Under the pieces are notes generated by a model that was not told the DNA's origin, ran no database searches, and saw nothing but the letters and a program-made list of their open reading frames with translations. Of a DNA stretch of 64,000 nt, positions 1 through 13,490 are shown piece by piece. How positions within the stretch are numbered: position 1 is the stretch's first letter; each line of letters starts with the position of its first letter. The DNA is taken from assembly GCF_006345805.1 (NCBI RefSeq), contig NC_043020.1:25048001-25112000 (forward strand). The letters run 5' to 3'. The position numbers and the translations under genes are program-made. The stretch is from Octopus sinensis. Taxonomy: Eukaryota.

Positions 1-738
1 ATTATCATCATCATCATCATCAAGTGCATTAAATCCGGTTTTTGTCCCCGTTAACAGGGGTGGCCGGATCTACCTCAATGCCATAGCAACCAAGCTAGGC
101 AGGTGCAGCCTACCCCAACCTTTGGGCTGGCTGGTGCCCATTCTCCTTTGCTATCTCTTTGCTTTTTTGGAGCTTGATTTTATGCGGAGAGCATGCCCTT
201 GCTTAACCCCAACCTCAGTTCCCAGCAATGTGGGGGAGACCAAGGCCTCTGCCATGATTTTTCAGAAATGTGGTGGAAATCTAGCTCAGGAAGGCAGGGA
301 CGCTACTCCCCGAGACCCCTTTCGGAGCCCCACTACCTACATTTATGAATTAATGAACACATGAATATGTAGATATGTATAGATATATGCAAATTAGCAA
401 GTTAGAAAATCTTTATAAGAGATGAAAGCAGTTGCCGTTCTGAGTAGTAATATTTATCGCCGTGTCACTCATATTCTGTATATTACGAGCGAATTGCTGC
501 TATCTCTAGTGGACGTGTGTCCACCACCGAGGATGAGCACAAAGAAGTCGAAACGATACGGTCTGGTGGTCTCGAAGCTGGAAGATGGTAGGGGTTCACT
601 CCCTTGCTTGCAATATATATCGGCTGTAGATTGCATCGAATAACCAGCTTGAGGAGGCGCCCTCCTGGTGCATCCTACGAAACAGCTATGTGTAAGTGGT
701 GATAAACATTACTTCTATATGTGTGTGTGCGTATACGA

Positions 739-838
739 NNNNNNNNNNNNNNNNNNNNNNNNNNNNNNNNNNNNNNNNNNNNNNNNNNNNNNNNNNNNNN
801 NNNNNNNNNNNNNNNNNNNNNNNNNNNNNNNNNNNNNN
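739..838. other. Assembly gap (100 N)
   Basis: Run of exactly 100 N flanked by TG/TA microsatellites. Confidence 0.99.
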
Positions 839-1431
839 ATATATATATATACACACAAATATATATATATATATATATAAATATATGTATATATATATAT
901 ATGTATATATATGTATATATATAGCAACATAATATAAGCTGTGTATGGATAATTATCAACCTGTGTCTGCTTATGTGTATGTGTCTATTTATAAGTGTCC
1001 ATTAGTTCTTCCGATAGCTATATTCCATACCATTTGTCTCAAAATGTATCTTTGATTCTTGCTTTTTTATATTGCTTATTTTGATTGTATGTATGTGTGT
1101 TCTTTCAGAAATTCTATTCTGATTTATTCCACTGTTGGCATTCTCCAAAATGGCAATGTCCTTCTCAAAGAACATTAAGATATAATAATGATTTCTTCTA
1201 TTAATGATTATAATAATAAGAAGAAGAATTACATGAAAACTATATCAATAATAGAAAATGGAATATTAATGAGAATCGTGCATGTGTGTGTGTGTGAGAG
1301 AGAGATAGAGATAGTGTGTGTGAAGATAGATATAGTCGTATATATTTATATATACATACATACATACACAAAGTAAACAGAAAGATAGATAAATCGTTAT
1401 ATATATAGATAGACGGAGAGACAGACAGACA

Positions 1432-1501
1432 GATAGATAGATAGATAGATAGATGATAGATAGATAGATAGATAGACAGATAGATAGATAGATAGATAGA
1501 C

Positions 1502-1575
<74 letters not shown>

Positions 1576-1590
1576 GTAGATAAATAGATA
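1432..1590. repeat. (GATA)n microsatellite
   Basis: Direct reading. Confidence 0.95.
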
Positions 1591-1980
1591 GACAGACAGA
1601 CAGACAGTGAGAGAGAGGTGTGGGGAGAGGAGGACGAGGAGGGGGAGGAAAAGAAGAGGATAATGAGATAGGCAGAGAGTGAGATAGATAGACATCTGGC
1701 TTTGATAAAAGCCATCGTCTTCCCACCTCTGCTGCCATGTCTACTCGTCATTCTTTTCGGAGGTATTTTGCCAGTCTTTGGTTCATCACAATTCACTGAG
1801 GCATCGACGAAATTCCATCTTTCATTTCAGGAACCTCCTCTCTACTTGGAACGGAATGCACGCCCCAACCTCCTAAGATCCTATCGATATCTTCTACATG
1901 TCAGTCAAATGCTTACTCGTATTTGTTTTTGTTTTTTTATACATTATGTATCTTTTATCTTTTCCTTGACTGAGATTTTG

Positions 1981-2090
1981 AACTGCGGCCATGCTGGTGC
2001 GCAGCCCTGAAGGTTTGAAGTCGATCAAATTGATGCCCTGTACTTTTTTTTATCTTTAAGGTCGGCATTTACTCTCTCGGTCCCTTTTCC
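1981..2090 (-). mobile_element. tRNA-SINE family B, 3' fragment
   Basis: aactgcggccatgctgg...gtcgatcaaat...ctctctcggtccctttt resembles the 3' part of the full copy at 42947-43367. Confidence 0.7.
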
Positions 2091-2477
2091 CCTTTTATGA
2101 CGGTTTGCATAAAAGGAAAAGAAAAAACTTCCCATCCAAAGACAAAAATATTTTTAAACTTTTAGAATATCAAATGGATTATGGCAGGGAGTTAACTATT
2201 GACTCAAAGGATCCGCACTCAGGTTCCATTACGGCTTCAAGAAGGCTCCGGACCTGGCGTATGCGCACGGTGGTGGCGATGGTGGCGGTTTGTAGCTAAA
2301 ATGGAACTCAACATTTGGACATTGAACGCATTCGTCAGTTATTTACCATTCCTGCTGCTGCTTTCGTTTCGCCTGTGTTAAATCTCAGTGGTAACCCCTT
2401 TATGAAGTTTCAGCCGTCGTTGAAAGGTGAAATACGCTTTGGTTCCAGGGCAGTAAAATGAAGTAACAGACTCTTTA

Positions 2478-2488
2478 GTAGTAGTAGC

Positions 2489-2565
<77 letters not shown>
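2478..2565. repeat. (TAG)n microsatellite
   Basis: Direct reading. Confidence 0.95.
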
Positions 2566-2566
<1 letters not shown>

Positions 2567-3299
2567 TGTGTTGCTGCTGCTGCTGCTACTATTGTTCTTG
2601 TAGTGGTGGCAGTGGCGGTGGTTTTGGTGGGAGTGTGGTTGCGAGAATAGTGATCGATGATATGATGGCGGTGGTAAGGGTGGTAAGGGTGGTGGTGTTA
2701 GTGGGGGTATTGGGGTGGGGTGGGGTGTTATTGGTGCTGCTGCTGAATATGTTGATGACGATGACTGTAAAGGTCTTTGTTGTTGTTCTTGTTCTCGTTG
2801 CTACTGCTGTTGTCGTTGCTGTTGATTATGGTATGGTGCGCTATCATCGTCAGGGATGGGCACGGTTGTTGTGAAGATGGCGACACTCAAACGATCACCG
2901 TTAGATGTACGGTTGCAGTGCCAGGGGTCAGTGAAACGGTAAATGATTATGGTGGGTGGGGAGAAACAGAGAGAAAGATGGAGCTAGTAAGAGAGGGAGA
3001 AGGAAAGAGGGAGAGAGAGAGAGAGATAAATGAATGAGATGGAAATTGTGAAAGAGAGAGACTTAAGAAAGATACTTAAAAACAGATTTAGTGAGAGAGA
3101 GAGAGAGGAAAAAGAGAGCTAGTATTAGTGAGAGCGAGAGAGATGGTAAAGAGACAGAGACAGAAAGAGAGAGATGAAAGGGTGGGAAGAGAGAGAGAGA
3201 AAGTATACTAGAAGCAAATACCGAATGAACAAGAACTGTTAAGTTGACAGGACAGACAGAGAGAGAGAAAGAGAGAGAGAGAGAGATAGAAAAAGCGAA

Positions 3300-3334
<35 letters not shown>

Positions 3335-3648
3335 GATGGGGGAGAAAGAGAGGGGGCGAGACAGGTGAGAAAATTGGGAAACAGAGAGAGAGAGGGAAGG
3401 AGAGAGGTAATTAAGGATGAGAGAGAGATGGGAAGAGAAATGAAAGAGGAAATGAGACATGAGGGAGAGGTGAGAGCCAAGCCTTGGAGAGACAAAAATA
3501 AAAGTCGTTGCATAATATATATGGAAGATTATGCGTGTGTGCGTATGTGCGTATGTAAAAGTATTTGTCTGGGCATGTGTGTAATATGTGCGTGTGTGCG
3601 TGTACGGAAGTCTGCGCATGAGTGCATGTGCGCGCGTGAGTGTCCACA

Positions 3649-3681
<33 letters not shown>

Positions 3682-4270
3682 AGAGAGAGAGAGAGAGCAT
3701 GTAAATTTATATTGTATTGACAGACAAATGAGAGAAAGAGAGGGAGAACGAGAGAGAGAGAAAGGAAGGAGAGTAAGACGATAGAGAAGAAGAAGAAGAA
3801 GGAAAGAGAGAGAGGGGGTATGAAGAGAGATTATCCAGTTGTAAGTTAATTATGCTTTATTATCAATCAAGGCAATCTTCCAATATTTCACTAATGAGAA
3901 ACTCGTTTTCACACTGAACCTTGCCATGGCTACCCACCCTCACTCCATCACTTGGTCTTCTTTCCTCTCCAAATCCTTCCCACACACTTTTCCTTCCTCT
4001 ACAAATTCCTGTTTCTCTCTCTTTCCCTCCTTCTCTCTATCTCTTTCCCTCCTTCTCTCTATCTCTTTCCCTCCTTCTCTCTGCCTGTCTCTCTCTGCCT
4101 CTCTCTCCCCAATTCTCTATCTTCTCTTTCCCTCTGGCTCACCCCTCGCTCTCTCTATATAATATGTATACTCACACACATATATGGCTGTATGTAAGTA
4201 TATGTGAGTGCTATTGCGTGCGCGCGTGGTGTGTGTCTGTGTGGGTGTATGGATTTTATCTTTTACCTGA

Positions 4271-4443
4271 TTCATTCAGGAAACTGCGGTCATGCTGGAG
4301 CACCGCCTGGAAGGGGTTTCTAGCCAAACGAGTCGATCCCTGTTCTAATGGTTGTTTTTTTAATGAAACCTGATATTTATTCTATCGTTCTCTTTTGCAG
4401 AACAGCCAATTGCGGAGAAGGAAACAAACCAACACCAGTTGTC
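4271..4443 (-). mobile_element. tRNA-SINE family B, degenerate 3' fragment
   Basis: ctgcggtcatgctggagcaccgcc tail motif shared with 42947-43367. Confidence 0.7.
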
Positions 4444-5138
4444 ATGTGGTGGTGGTGGTGGTGGAGGAGGAGGAGGAGGAGGAGAACAAACACAAACACA
4501 AAGACATACGCACGTGCACACACACACACGTATATACACTCACACATTCACATACACACACATGCATACACCTAACATAAATTTCAGACATCCGCAAGGT
4601 TGGGCCAAAGCTGGAGCAAAAGCCACGGGACCACGGTTTGGCACAATGGGACTGAACTCAAAACCACTTGCTTATGAAATTCCATAACAACTAAAATGAC
4701 GGATTGGTGATGTCAAGAATATTGTTGATGTTTGGTCGTCACATTCAGGCTTGACCTGGGGTTAAACTACTGCAACAAAACAGGATGATGGTAGACTCAA
4801 TTCAGTGGTTTTCCAAATGGGTGGTCATTATGACCCACGGGTGGCGGTGAGGCAAATAAGATTTTGTTGTTAAATTTTATCTGCAATCAACTGGTTGTAT
4901 TCCTGCAATACATTAATATTTTAAGTATTTTTACAGAATCGCTGGTAATATTTGATTATAAAAAATATTAAAAAGACAATATTTAATAATAAAATGATGT
5001 TTTTATACATTGAATGGTTAGGAGGATCCAAGTGAGGAATATAGAAATCAAAGGAAAAAAATGTCGTTGGAAAGCATTTGACTCTCAACAGAGTAGCGAT
5101 AAGAAACAACTCGGCAACGTTAACGTGGAGTAGATAAT

Positions 5139-5720
5139 CCTTTTCGCTATAGGCCCAAGGCCTAAAATTTTGGGAGAGGGAGTGGGAAGTCGATTAGATC
5201 GACCCAGCATGCAACTGGTACTTAATTTATCGACCACGAAAGGATGAAAGGTAAAGTCAACCTCGACGGAATTTGAACTCAGAACGTAGCAGCAGACGAA
5301 ATACCTATTTCTTTACTACCCACAAGGGGCTAAACACAGAGAGGACAAACAAGGACAGACAAACGGATTAAGTCGATTATATCGACCCCAGTGCGTAACT
5401 GGTCCTTAATTTATCGACCCCGAAAGGATGAAAGGCAAAGTCGACCTCGGCGGAATTTGAACTCAGAACGTAACGACAGACGAAATACCTATTTCTTTAT
5501 TACCCACAAGGGGCTAAACACAGAGGGGAGAAACAAGGACAGACATAGGTATTAAGTCGATTACATCGACCCCAGTGCGTAACTGGTACTTAATTTATCG
5601 ACCCCGAAAGGATGAAAGGCAAAGTCGACCTCGGCGGAATTTGAACTCACAACGTAACGGCAGACGAAATACCGCTAAGCATTTCGCCCGGCGTGCTAAC
5701 GTTTCTGACAGCTCGCCGCC
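5139..5720 (-). mobile_element. tRNA-derived SINE family A (CORE-like body), internally triplicated, with 19-bp TSD
   Basis: Head GGCGGCGAGCTG at 5720; B-box-like GAGTTCAAATTCC; body tttgcctttcatcctttcggggtcgataaattaagtacc repeated three times; TSD ttaacgtggagta(g/a)ataat at 5120-5138 and 5721-5739. Confidence 0.9.
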
Positions 5721-6111
5721 TTAACGTGGAGTAAATAATGGAGTTATGGACAGTTAAAAATTGCCATCGTCAAACGTCATTTATGTAGCATTAAACAACA
5801 ACAAAACACTCGGCAACTTGGCAACGTGAAGATTAGCTACGATTAAATAATTAAGCAATGTCTGGTCAACTAAGCAACAACTGGTCAGCTTCAGCAAAGA
5901 AATAAGCATCCAGCGATCTACAGTTAATAGCAACCAGATAGCAACTGTCTAAAAACAAGAAAGCAACTTGCGACTTCCACCGAAGAAAAAACAAAACTTT
6001 AAAAACCACTGAGGGAGTATTTACACCCTAATCGCCCGAACGATTAGAATTAAACGGAAATTTTCATACGAATATTCCTTTCTACCTAAGGAACAAGAAT
6101 TTTTTTTTTAC

Positions 6112-6341
6112 ATCGACCCCAGTGCTCAACTTTACTACCCACAGAGAGAACAAACAAGGACAGACAAACGGATTAAGTCGATTATATCGACCCCAGTGCG
6201 TAATAAGTACTTATTTAATCGATCCCGAAAGGATGACAGGCAAAGTCGAACTCGGCGGAATTTGAACTCAGAACGTAGCGGCAGACGAAATACCGGTAAG
6301 CATTTCGCCCGGCGTGCTAACGATTCTGCCAGCTCGCCGCC
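6112..6341 (-). mobile_element. SINE family A
   Basis: Same head and body as 5139-5720. Confidence 0.9.
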
Positions 6342-6910
6342 TTCAATGTTTGAATACCAGCGTTCTAAAGAATGGCGAGGTCTTGCACTTGTTCTGGTTT
6401 TACTGGATTATGTTCTCACCAATTCTTCTCGTATGAGAGTCCAAAGTAATGGTTTATGATTCTGAAAAAAATATATTTGTGTTTGTATTTGTGTCTGTGT
6501 TTGTCCCTCCCATCGTCACTTGACAACCGATGTTGGTGTGTTTACGTCCTCGCAAATTAGCGGTTCGGTAAAATTGTTCTTTAATCAATTTACCCCCCAC
6601 CGCCGAAATTATTGGCCCTGTGTCAAAAATTGAAACTAATATTATTATTATTATTAATGGTCGAAGAGCGATGAACTGGTAGAATTATTAGTGCATCGGA
6701 GAGCAGCATGTCTTTTGGAGTCTTATATTCTAGGTTCAAATCGCGCCGAGATCCGTTTTGCTTTCGTCCTTTTAACGTCAATAAAATGAAGTTTTAGAAG
6801 CGTCCTGAGATCGAAGTAACGAAGTAATTGTTATGTGTGTACATATATATATGTACACATGTGTGTACATATAAATAGTGTATACATATATATAGTATAT
6901 ATTATATATA

Positions 6911-7303
6911 TTTATTTACTGCCCAGAAGGGGCTAAACATAGAGGAGACAAACAAGGACAGACGAAGGGATTGAGTCGATTATATCGTCCCCAGTGCGAA
7001 ACTGGTACTTTATTTATCGACCACGAAAGGATGAAAGGCAAAGTTGACCTCGGCGGAAATAGAACTCAGAACGTAACGACAGACGAAATACCTATTTCTT
7101 TATTACCCACAAGGGGCTAAACACAGAGGGGAGAAACAAGGACAGATATAGGTATTAAGTCGATTACATCGACCCCAGTGCGTAACTGGTACTTAATTTA
7201 TCGACCCCGAAAGGATGAAAAGCAAATTCGACCTCGAAGGAATTTGAACTCACAACGTAACGGCAGACGAAATACCGCTAAGCATTTCGCCCGGCGCGCT
7301 AAC
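6911..7303 (-). mobile_element. SINE family A, internally duplicated
   Basis: Two copies of the B-box/core module joined by the same linker as in 5139-5720. Confidence 0.88.
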
Positions 7304-7532
7304 ACATATGCATGTATGTCACACATACACATTCATATAAATATACATGTATATGCATGTATCAATCTATACCTATATATATATGATATACACACATACT
7401 TACACTATATATAAAATATTATATATATATATGCATACATATATCATATACGCACGCACACATATGCGTGTATGTCACACATACAGATGCATATAAATAT
7501 ACATGTGTATCTGAATATCTATCAATTTATAC

Positions 7533-7570
<38 letters not shown>

Positions 7571-8526
7571 ATGTATGTAGATACAGGTATGTTTTTATGT
7601 GTATGCATATGAATATGCTATATGATCTATGCCGACATTGGTGTACATGTGTGATTGCGTGTGTGGAGCATTAGTGCATATTGGTGCGCGTATGTTTATA
7701 TCTCTACGTGTGTGTGTGTGTGTGTAGATACGAGTGTGCGTGGGGTGTTGGGGTAAGCGTACGTATATATGCGTAATTCAATTTACGTACTCGCCTGGTT
7801 AAGATAGTGTGTGTAGGTGCGCGAGCGTGCGTAAGTGCGAGTCTTGTGCATTCATTAATTTTTCAGTAATTAACTCAGATCCAATTCCGCTTATCTGCCC
7901 ACACCTCCTCCTCTTCCTCCTCTTCGTTCTCCCCCAACCTCCTCGTCCGGACTTCCCCACCCCAGACTTCCATTGCAAGCAATCAGAATATGTAATAGAA
8001 CGGAAGATGGCCAGGCCTAAATACTTAATATGATCAATGAAGCTTGTGTCACAATATGTCACAAGCTGTTCTTTAATCTTGCGCCTGTTCAGATTCTTCA
8101 ATGAACCATCTAATACACCGATCAACTGAATAGGCAAATATGCGTGCAAGACAACAGGCGAATGTCAGAACTTCGGTTTCGAATCTCACCTTATAGCCGT
8201 TGATTACGTTTATAAAAGTTTATGGTCTTTATTTTTGTTGTGTTTAATTTAGTTAATTAGTGGTTTGCACTAATTACAAAAACACCTTCGTGTTTGTGCT
8301 ACAGTTGCTGAGCGTGTAGGATTTCGATCCGTTTTTTACATACATGCATATATATATATAAGTACAAAATTTAGAGGAATGACCACCAAAGTGGGCTCCT
8401 AATATGCTAGATATAGATGTGAAATCGCCTAGCCACGAAGAGTGGGTTCTCAAGAAAAAAGATTTCAGCAAAACGCTAGAATGCAAACATGAGCAAGACA
8501 AATGAAAATATACGAAATAAAAAAAA

Positions 8527-8609
8527 AACTGTTACCTACGTAACAAGTTTCGCTTGTTAATATTTACGCTTGTAAATATCTGCAGGCTCATCAGCGTAGT
8601 CTGTCGTTT
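8527..8609 (-). ncRNA. Type I hammerhead ribozyme motif (candidate)
   Basis: Minus strand: CTACG-CTGATGA-GC...ATATTTAC/GTAAATAT...GC-GAAAC-TT-GTTA-CGTAG; stem I CTACG/CGTAG perfect; canonical core. Confidence 0.7.
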
Positions 8610-8942
8610 ACAAAACATAATTTTCAGAACTAGACACAGAATGCTCACCCGAAAGAAAACATGTATAAAGATTTGCAAATTATATTTGGTATATTTTTCA
8701 GACAAATTACAGAAGCTACACACATAATAGAAAATAAACCTAGCCTGAATAGAAAACTAGAATAGAACACTAGGACACACCACAACATATGACGGTAGAG
8801 GATCCCGAAAACATAATAAATACACAGATAAATAAACAAATAGAAATAAATAACTATATTATTTTTTTTCGATTTATTATTATTATTACTAGTATTGTTG
8901 TTATACATACATACATACATACATACAAGCATATGTAATGAT

Positions 8943-9358
8943 AATAATAAGTGGATGTAAACACATGAACAAAATAAGAATAAACAAAAACAACAACAAC
9001 AAAAACAAATTACATGAACGTATATAAACAGAAGATACAAATATTACAGGCATCCCCTCCACACACACACACTAAATAAACACAGACGCACATAGAGATA
9101 TAAGCATGCGCAAATGAAGACATACAATAGAAATACAAAATGGCTGACGGTTAGTAAGGAGAGACACAAATAAGAAAGAAGAAAACAAAGGACCACTGAT
9201 GCGGTCACAGGAGTGTGACGAAAGAACTCTGGCCGAAATAAGATTAAGATTAATGTAAAAAAATAAATAACACTGAAGCAAAGTAACACCAAATATATAG
9301 TGCGTGTGTTCTTATTGGCTAAACTGGCAAAATGACCATTCCGAAATATAACAATATC
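8943..9358 (+). repeat. Dispersed ~400-bp repeat (second copy 40500-40886) with HHR-like motif; probable PLE terminal-repeat remnant
   Basis: Near-identical to 40500-40886; contains CTGATGCG-GTCACA-GGAG-TGTGAC-GAAA. Confidence 0.8.
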
Positions 9359-9422
9359 TGTTTCCTCACACGACTTCACATAAAAAATCTTGCACAACAA
9401 TATATAACCTACTATATATATA

Positions 9423-9483
<61 letters not shown>

Positions 9484-9513
9484 ATATTATATATATATAA
9501 TATTATATAATAT

Positions 9514-9581
<68 letters not shown>

Positions 9582-9597
9582 ATATATAATATACACA

Positions 9598-9697
9598 CAG
9601 TGAAAACACGTGGCCTAGTGGTTAGGCCTTTGCGCTCACGATAGCTACATCGTGGGTTCAATTCCTTGACTGGGCAGCGCGTTGCGTTCTTGAGCAA
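9598..9697 (+). mobile_element. tRNA-SINE family C head fragment
   Basis: A-box TGGCCTAGTGG and B-box GGGTTCAATTCC; similar to 55115-55418; truncated. Confidence 0.8.
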
Positions 9698-10334
9698 AAT
9701 ATGCCGAAATTAGACACGTTGTCCTTAACCATATAATTTATCACCTTAAGCACGCTACTCGAAAAACGTCGACAGAAATCTCTAAGAAATTCCGTTATTA
9801 CCATATCGGACCGAGTTCAGGGTTAGTTCATAAGAACTCTCCCTTCGTCAGTGATAAATGCGGCAAAAGAAATAGATGAAATACTTACTCATACCCATGG
9901 AAGAAGCAAACACTAAGTCATGAGCAAAACTAAGTACCCCCAAAATATCCAAAATAGGAAATTCTTCAGCCATTCGAGACACGTGCTATTCGAACTGAAA
10001 CTCTCACAGAGTGAGAGAGACCGGAAGTGAACACTGTTATATTTACATCTAATGTAGGATAAAATTTTTTCGAAAAAAATTTTATTAATGGCCAGCATAT
10101 TAAAAAATGCCATTAAAGGTTAAATTATAAACAACTTATAAATAAGGGCAAACGACAAAATTTCAAATGCCAAATATGCCGAAATTAGACACATTGTCCA
10201 TAACCATATAACTTATCACGATAAGCACGCTACTCAAAAAACGTCGTCAGAAATCTCTAAAAAATTTCGTTATTACCATATCGGACCGATTTCAGGGTTA
10301 GTTCATAAGAACCCTCCCTTCGTCAGTAATAAAT
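9697..10334 (-). mobile_element. Two 163-bp direct repeats (9697-9859, 10172-10334), each starting with an HHR motif, flanking a unique 312-bp core
   Basis: About a dozen substitutions between the repeats; minus strand CTGACGA-AGGG...CCCT-GAA(A/C)-TCG-GTC-CGATA in both. Confidence 0.75.
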
Positions 10335-11486
10335 TTTAGAGTTGGTTCGTATGCTACCATAGAATTCCAATAGTGAAGGGACTATTTACCGTGTGGTGTA
10401 CAACAAACCAGACTAAACTTCCTGTTCATGACCTAACACTCAAATACTAAGTTACTGTGTCTCACCGAGATACCCAATATGTACAAGACAAGCCATTACA
10501 ATCGCTTCAAGCTACGAAGAGATCAGGAAGTAGAGAAATCAAAAATGGCGATCTCCAGATTTCTCTTTCAAAACCGCCATTTAAAAACATCTCTGTTTTA
10601 CGTCCTTCATTTCTTTCCTTCAATATTTTTCTTCTTTCTTCTGGTTTTATTCTCATTATTTTTCTTCTTTCTTTTTGCTTCATATTTTTTCTTTCTTCCT
10701 CTCTTCTTTGATTCTGTCTTTTCTTCTTTCTTTATTTTTATCTTTTTATTTATTTTATCTTTTTTTTATTTCTTTCCGTATTTCTCTCTCACACACCTGC
10801 TATCTGTTCCTCTGTGTCTGTCTATCAGTCTCTCTCTTTTTGACTGTCTGTCTGTCTCTCTCCATCTCTCTCCCTCTCCAACATACAATTGTCAAACTTT
10901 CGACATTTTTATCTTTCTTCTGATTGCCTTCTTTCTTTCTTCCTTCTTTCCTTTGATGTTCCTTTTCCATTCTTCTTTTCTGCCATTTTCCCCTTCTTTA
11001 ATCCCTGTGTGTTTCTTTCTTTCTTTCTTTCTTTCTTTCTCCATTCCCTCCTCCTTTCCTCCTCCTTTCCACCTACCAATCCTTCTGTAATTCTCTCCCG
11101 CCAACTGCCAAAACACATTACCTTACTATCTCTCCGATCGCTTACCAATGTTTCTCTTAAAACATCTTAAAACATAAACATGATATTTTACTGATAAACA
11201 CACTCACCTCTGTGACTGGTGCAAGGGTGAGGGGGGAGGCGATTCCCTTGCTATTGTTGTAGCTGAATTAAAAAGAACGCGGACTCAGGACTTGAGCAGC
11301 ATCTATGTATAAATGTATATTTATATGTATACTCCTACATACATTCATACATACATACATACATACATACATACATACATACATACATACATCGATATGG
11401 CCGTACGGTCTGCAAGAATTAGCAGCCAAGCGTTCTTCATACTTTACTGTCTTTACTAAAGAATTGACATGCTGGGCAGTGTTCTG

Positions 11487-11591
<105 letters not shown>

Positions 11592-12899
11592 ATATATATA
11601 ATATAATAATAATAATAATAATAATATATATATACATTCGTGTGTGTATGTGTTCGTGTGGTTGTGTGCCTGCGTGTTTTTATGTATGTTGGCAGGTATG
11701 TATGTATGTTTGAACTTTAGATTAATTTAGATGTTTAAAATATTTTAACAAATGGGTAAGACTAAGGAGCCCCAAACGCGTTTAGGCGTGCCCGCCTGCC
11801 CCCACTGGCACAAATACAGACACAGCCGAGATAGTTACAGCTTGAATACATTTATTTCATATGAGTGCATGTCAGTCGTAGCAAGCATATCCTGTTTCCT
11901 CCAGACTCAATAAGTAACGGCGTCTGTATTTTACGTAATTCAGGAGACAACGACTAGAATAGGGACAACTGAAGAAATGAAATTTAATGAAATATTGATG
12001 AATGAATCGATAATACCAAAAAAAAAGAATAAATCAATTACAAATATCTGTCGTCGTCGTCGTGATCATCGTTATCATCATCATCAACAGGGAAAGCAAC
12101 AACAGCAGCAATGGGATAAATTTTGAATATTAACTCAGGAAGTTGATGAAAATAGACTAAATATTTATAAAAATACCATTTAATCTGGGTTGTTATTCGC
12201 AAGTGAGAATATTAAACAAAGTGTTTACATCATTAAGAAATTAAATGAATTTGTGATCTGAGCTTAAACGTTTTCAAGGAATTTTGCGCGCGCATGCGTG
12301 TGTGTTTGTGTGTGAAAAGTATTGAGTGTGTGCGTGTGTGTGTATTTATGTATGTGTGTGTTTGCATATATGTGTGTGAATGTGTAATGGGGTGCCGCCG
12401 AGTATTAAATGGCGAAAAGGATTACAAATAGGAAATTTATATTTTGATTTTAATTTTAAATAAATTATATTGCAATTTTTTTCAAATTTAAACGAATTTT
12501 ATTATTTAAAGGCCACATTATGATAGAAACATCTTAGAAACGATTTATTAATAACGAGGAGAATGTCGAATGCATTGATAAGAAGAGAAGATAAAGAGAA
12601 GAGAGGAACAACAACAACACTTGGACCAACGATTAAACTATTTGAATATTAATCAGAGTAACTCATGCGGAATTGGACTTTGAAATTGTTCAGGTTTAGT
12701 GTGAAACGGAGAGGATCACAGGTCGACGTTTTAATGTTCAAAAGATGATTTAAATAAGGGGAAATGGAGGACAAAGGTAATTGAATAAGATATTAAAGAT
12801 AGCCCCAACAACTGTAATAGTTATTGTTTATGTGGTGCGGAATAGTGTAAGAATATAGAGATATGGATTAACAGGAGTAATGACTTACAAATATGTGAT

Positions 12900-13490
12900 C
12901 GTAAGAGAACAGCGTGAAGGCGCATGGCTTCCGTAAGTGCTTGTGATCGCGTCGGGAAATCCGCTTCCAGACGAAATGCTGTATTTACTAGGCGCTTGTC
13001 CAAGCGCTTCTCCCCTATGGTTGTGAGGCCTGGCCAATGCATGTTGCTGATCTCCAGAAGCTGGAGGTCTTCGATCGCTTCTGCATACGTCATTTTCTCC
13101 GACTGCGTATCTCGGACTGCGGTGCGTATCTCGCTGCGGTCTCTCACCTCTCGAGGAAACTCTTCTGACGAGGAAGCTACGGTCGTTTGGTCACGCGACG
13201 TGGCGCCTCCATGACGAACTCAACCGGAAGGCGATGTCACCAGATCCTCCCCGAATTGGGTAGGCTGAGAGGTGGTCAACCGAAGACGTGGTTCACGACA
13301 GTCAAAGAAGACACTGAACTAGTTTCTGGTCTCGAGTCTTTAACGTTCATCGCTGGAACCGGGAATAGCTTCAACACTCAGCAGAATCGGCCGCCAACAC
13401 ACGTGTGTGAACCACCTTGACCCCTGACGCAGTGAACTCAACAGGAACCGGCTTAATCCTTCTTGAGTGAATGCCGCTACAAGACAAGAT
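12900..13490 (+). mobile_element. RTE-clade LINE, degenerate 3' fragment
   Basis: Broken frame reads TKCCIY*ALVQALLPYGCEAWP..LQKLEVFDRFCIRHFL and RSFGHATWR..RGGQPKTWFTTVKED, typical of the RTE RT C-terminus. Confidence 0.8.

Noticed and set aside
619-700. Other faint HHR-like relics (TTGAGGA..GAAAC here; also ~40965-41015 and ~61205-61240)
   Set aside because: Each has two or more core mismatches or lacks stem I, and chance matches are likely in this sequence context.
7799-8149. ORF with LIGVLDGSLKNLNRRKIKEQLV, reminiscent of a GIY-YIG C-terminus
   Set aside because: Only one short motif is present and the catalytic motifs are absent, so it is too weak to call.
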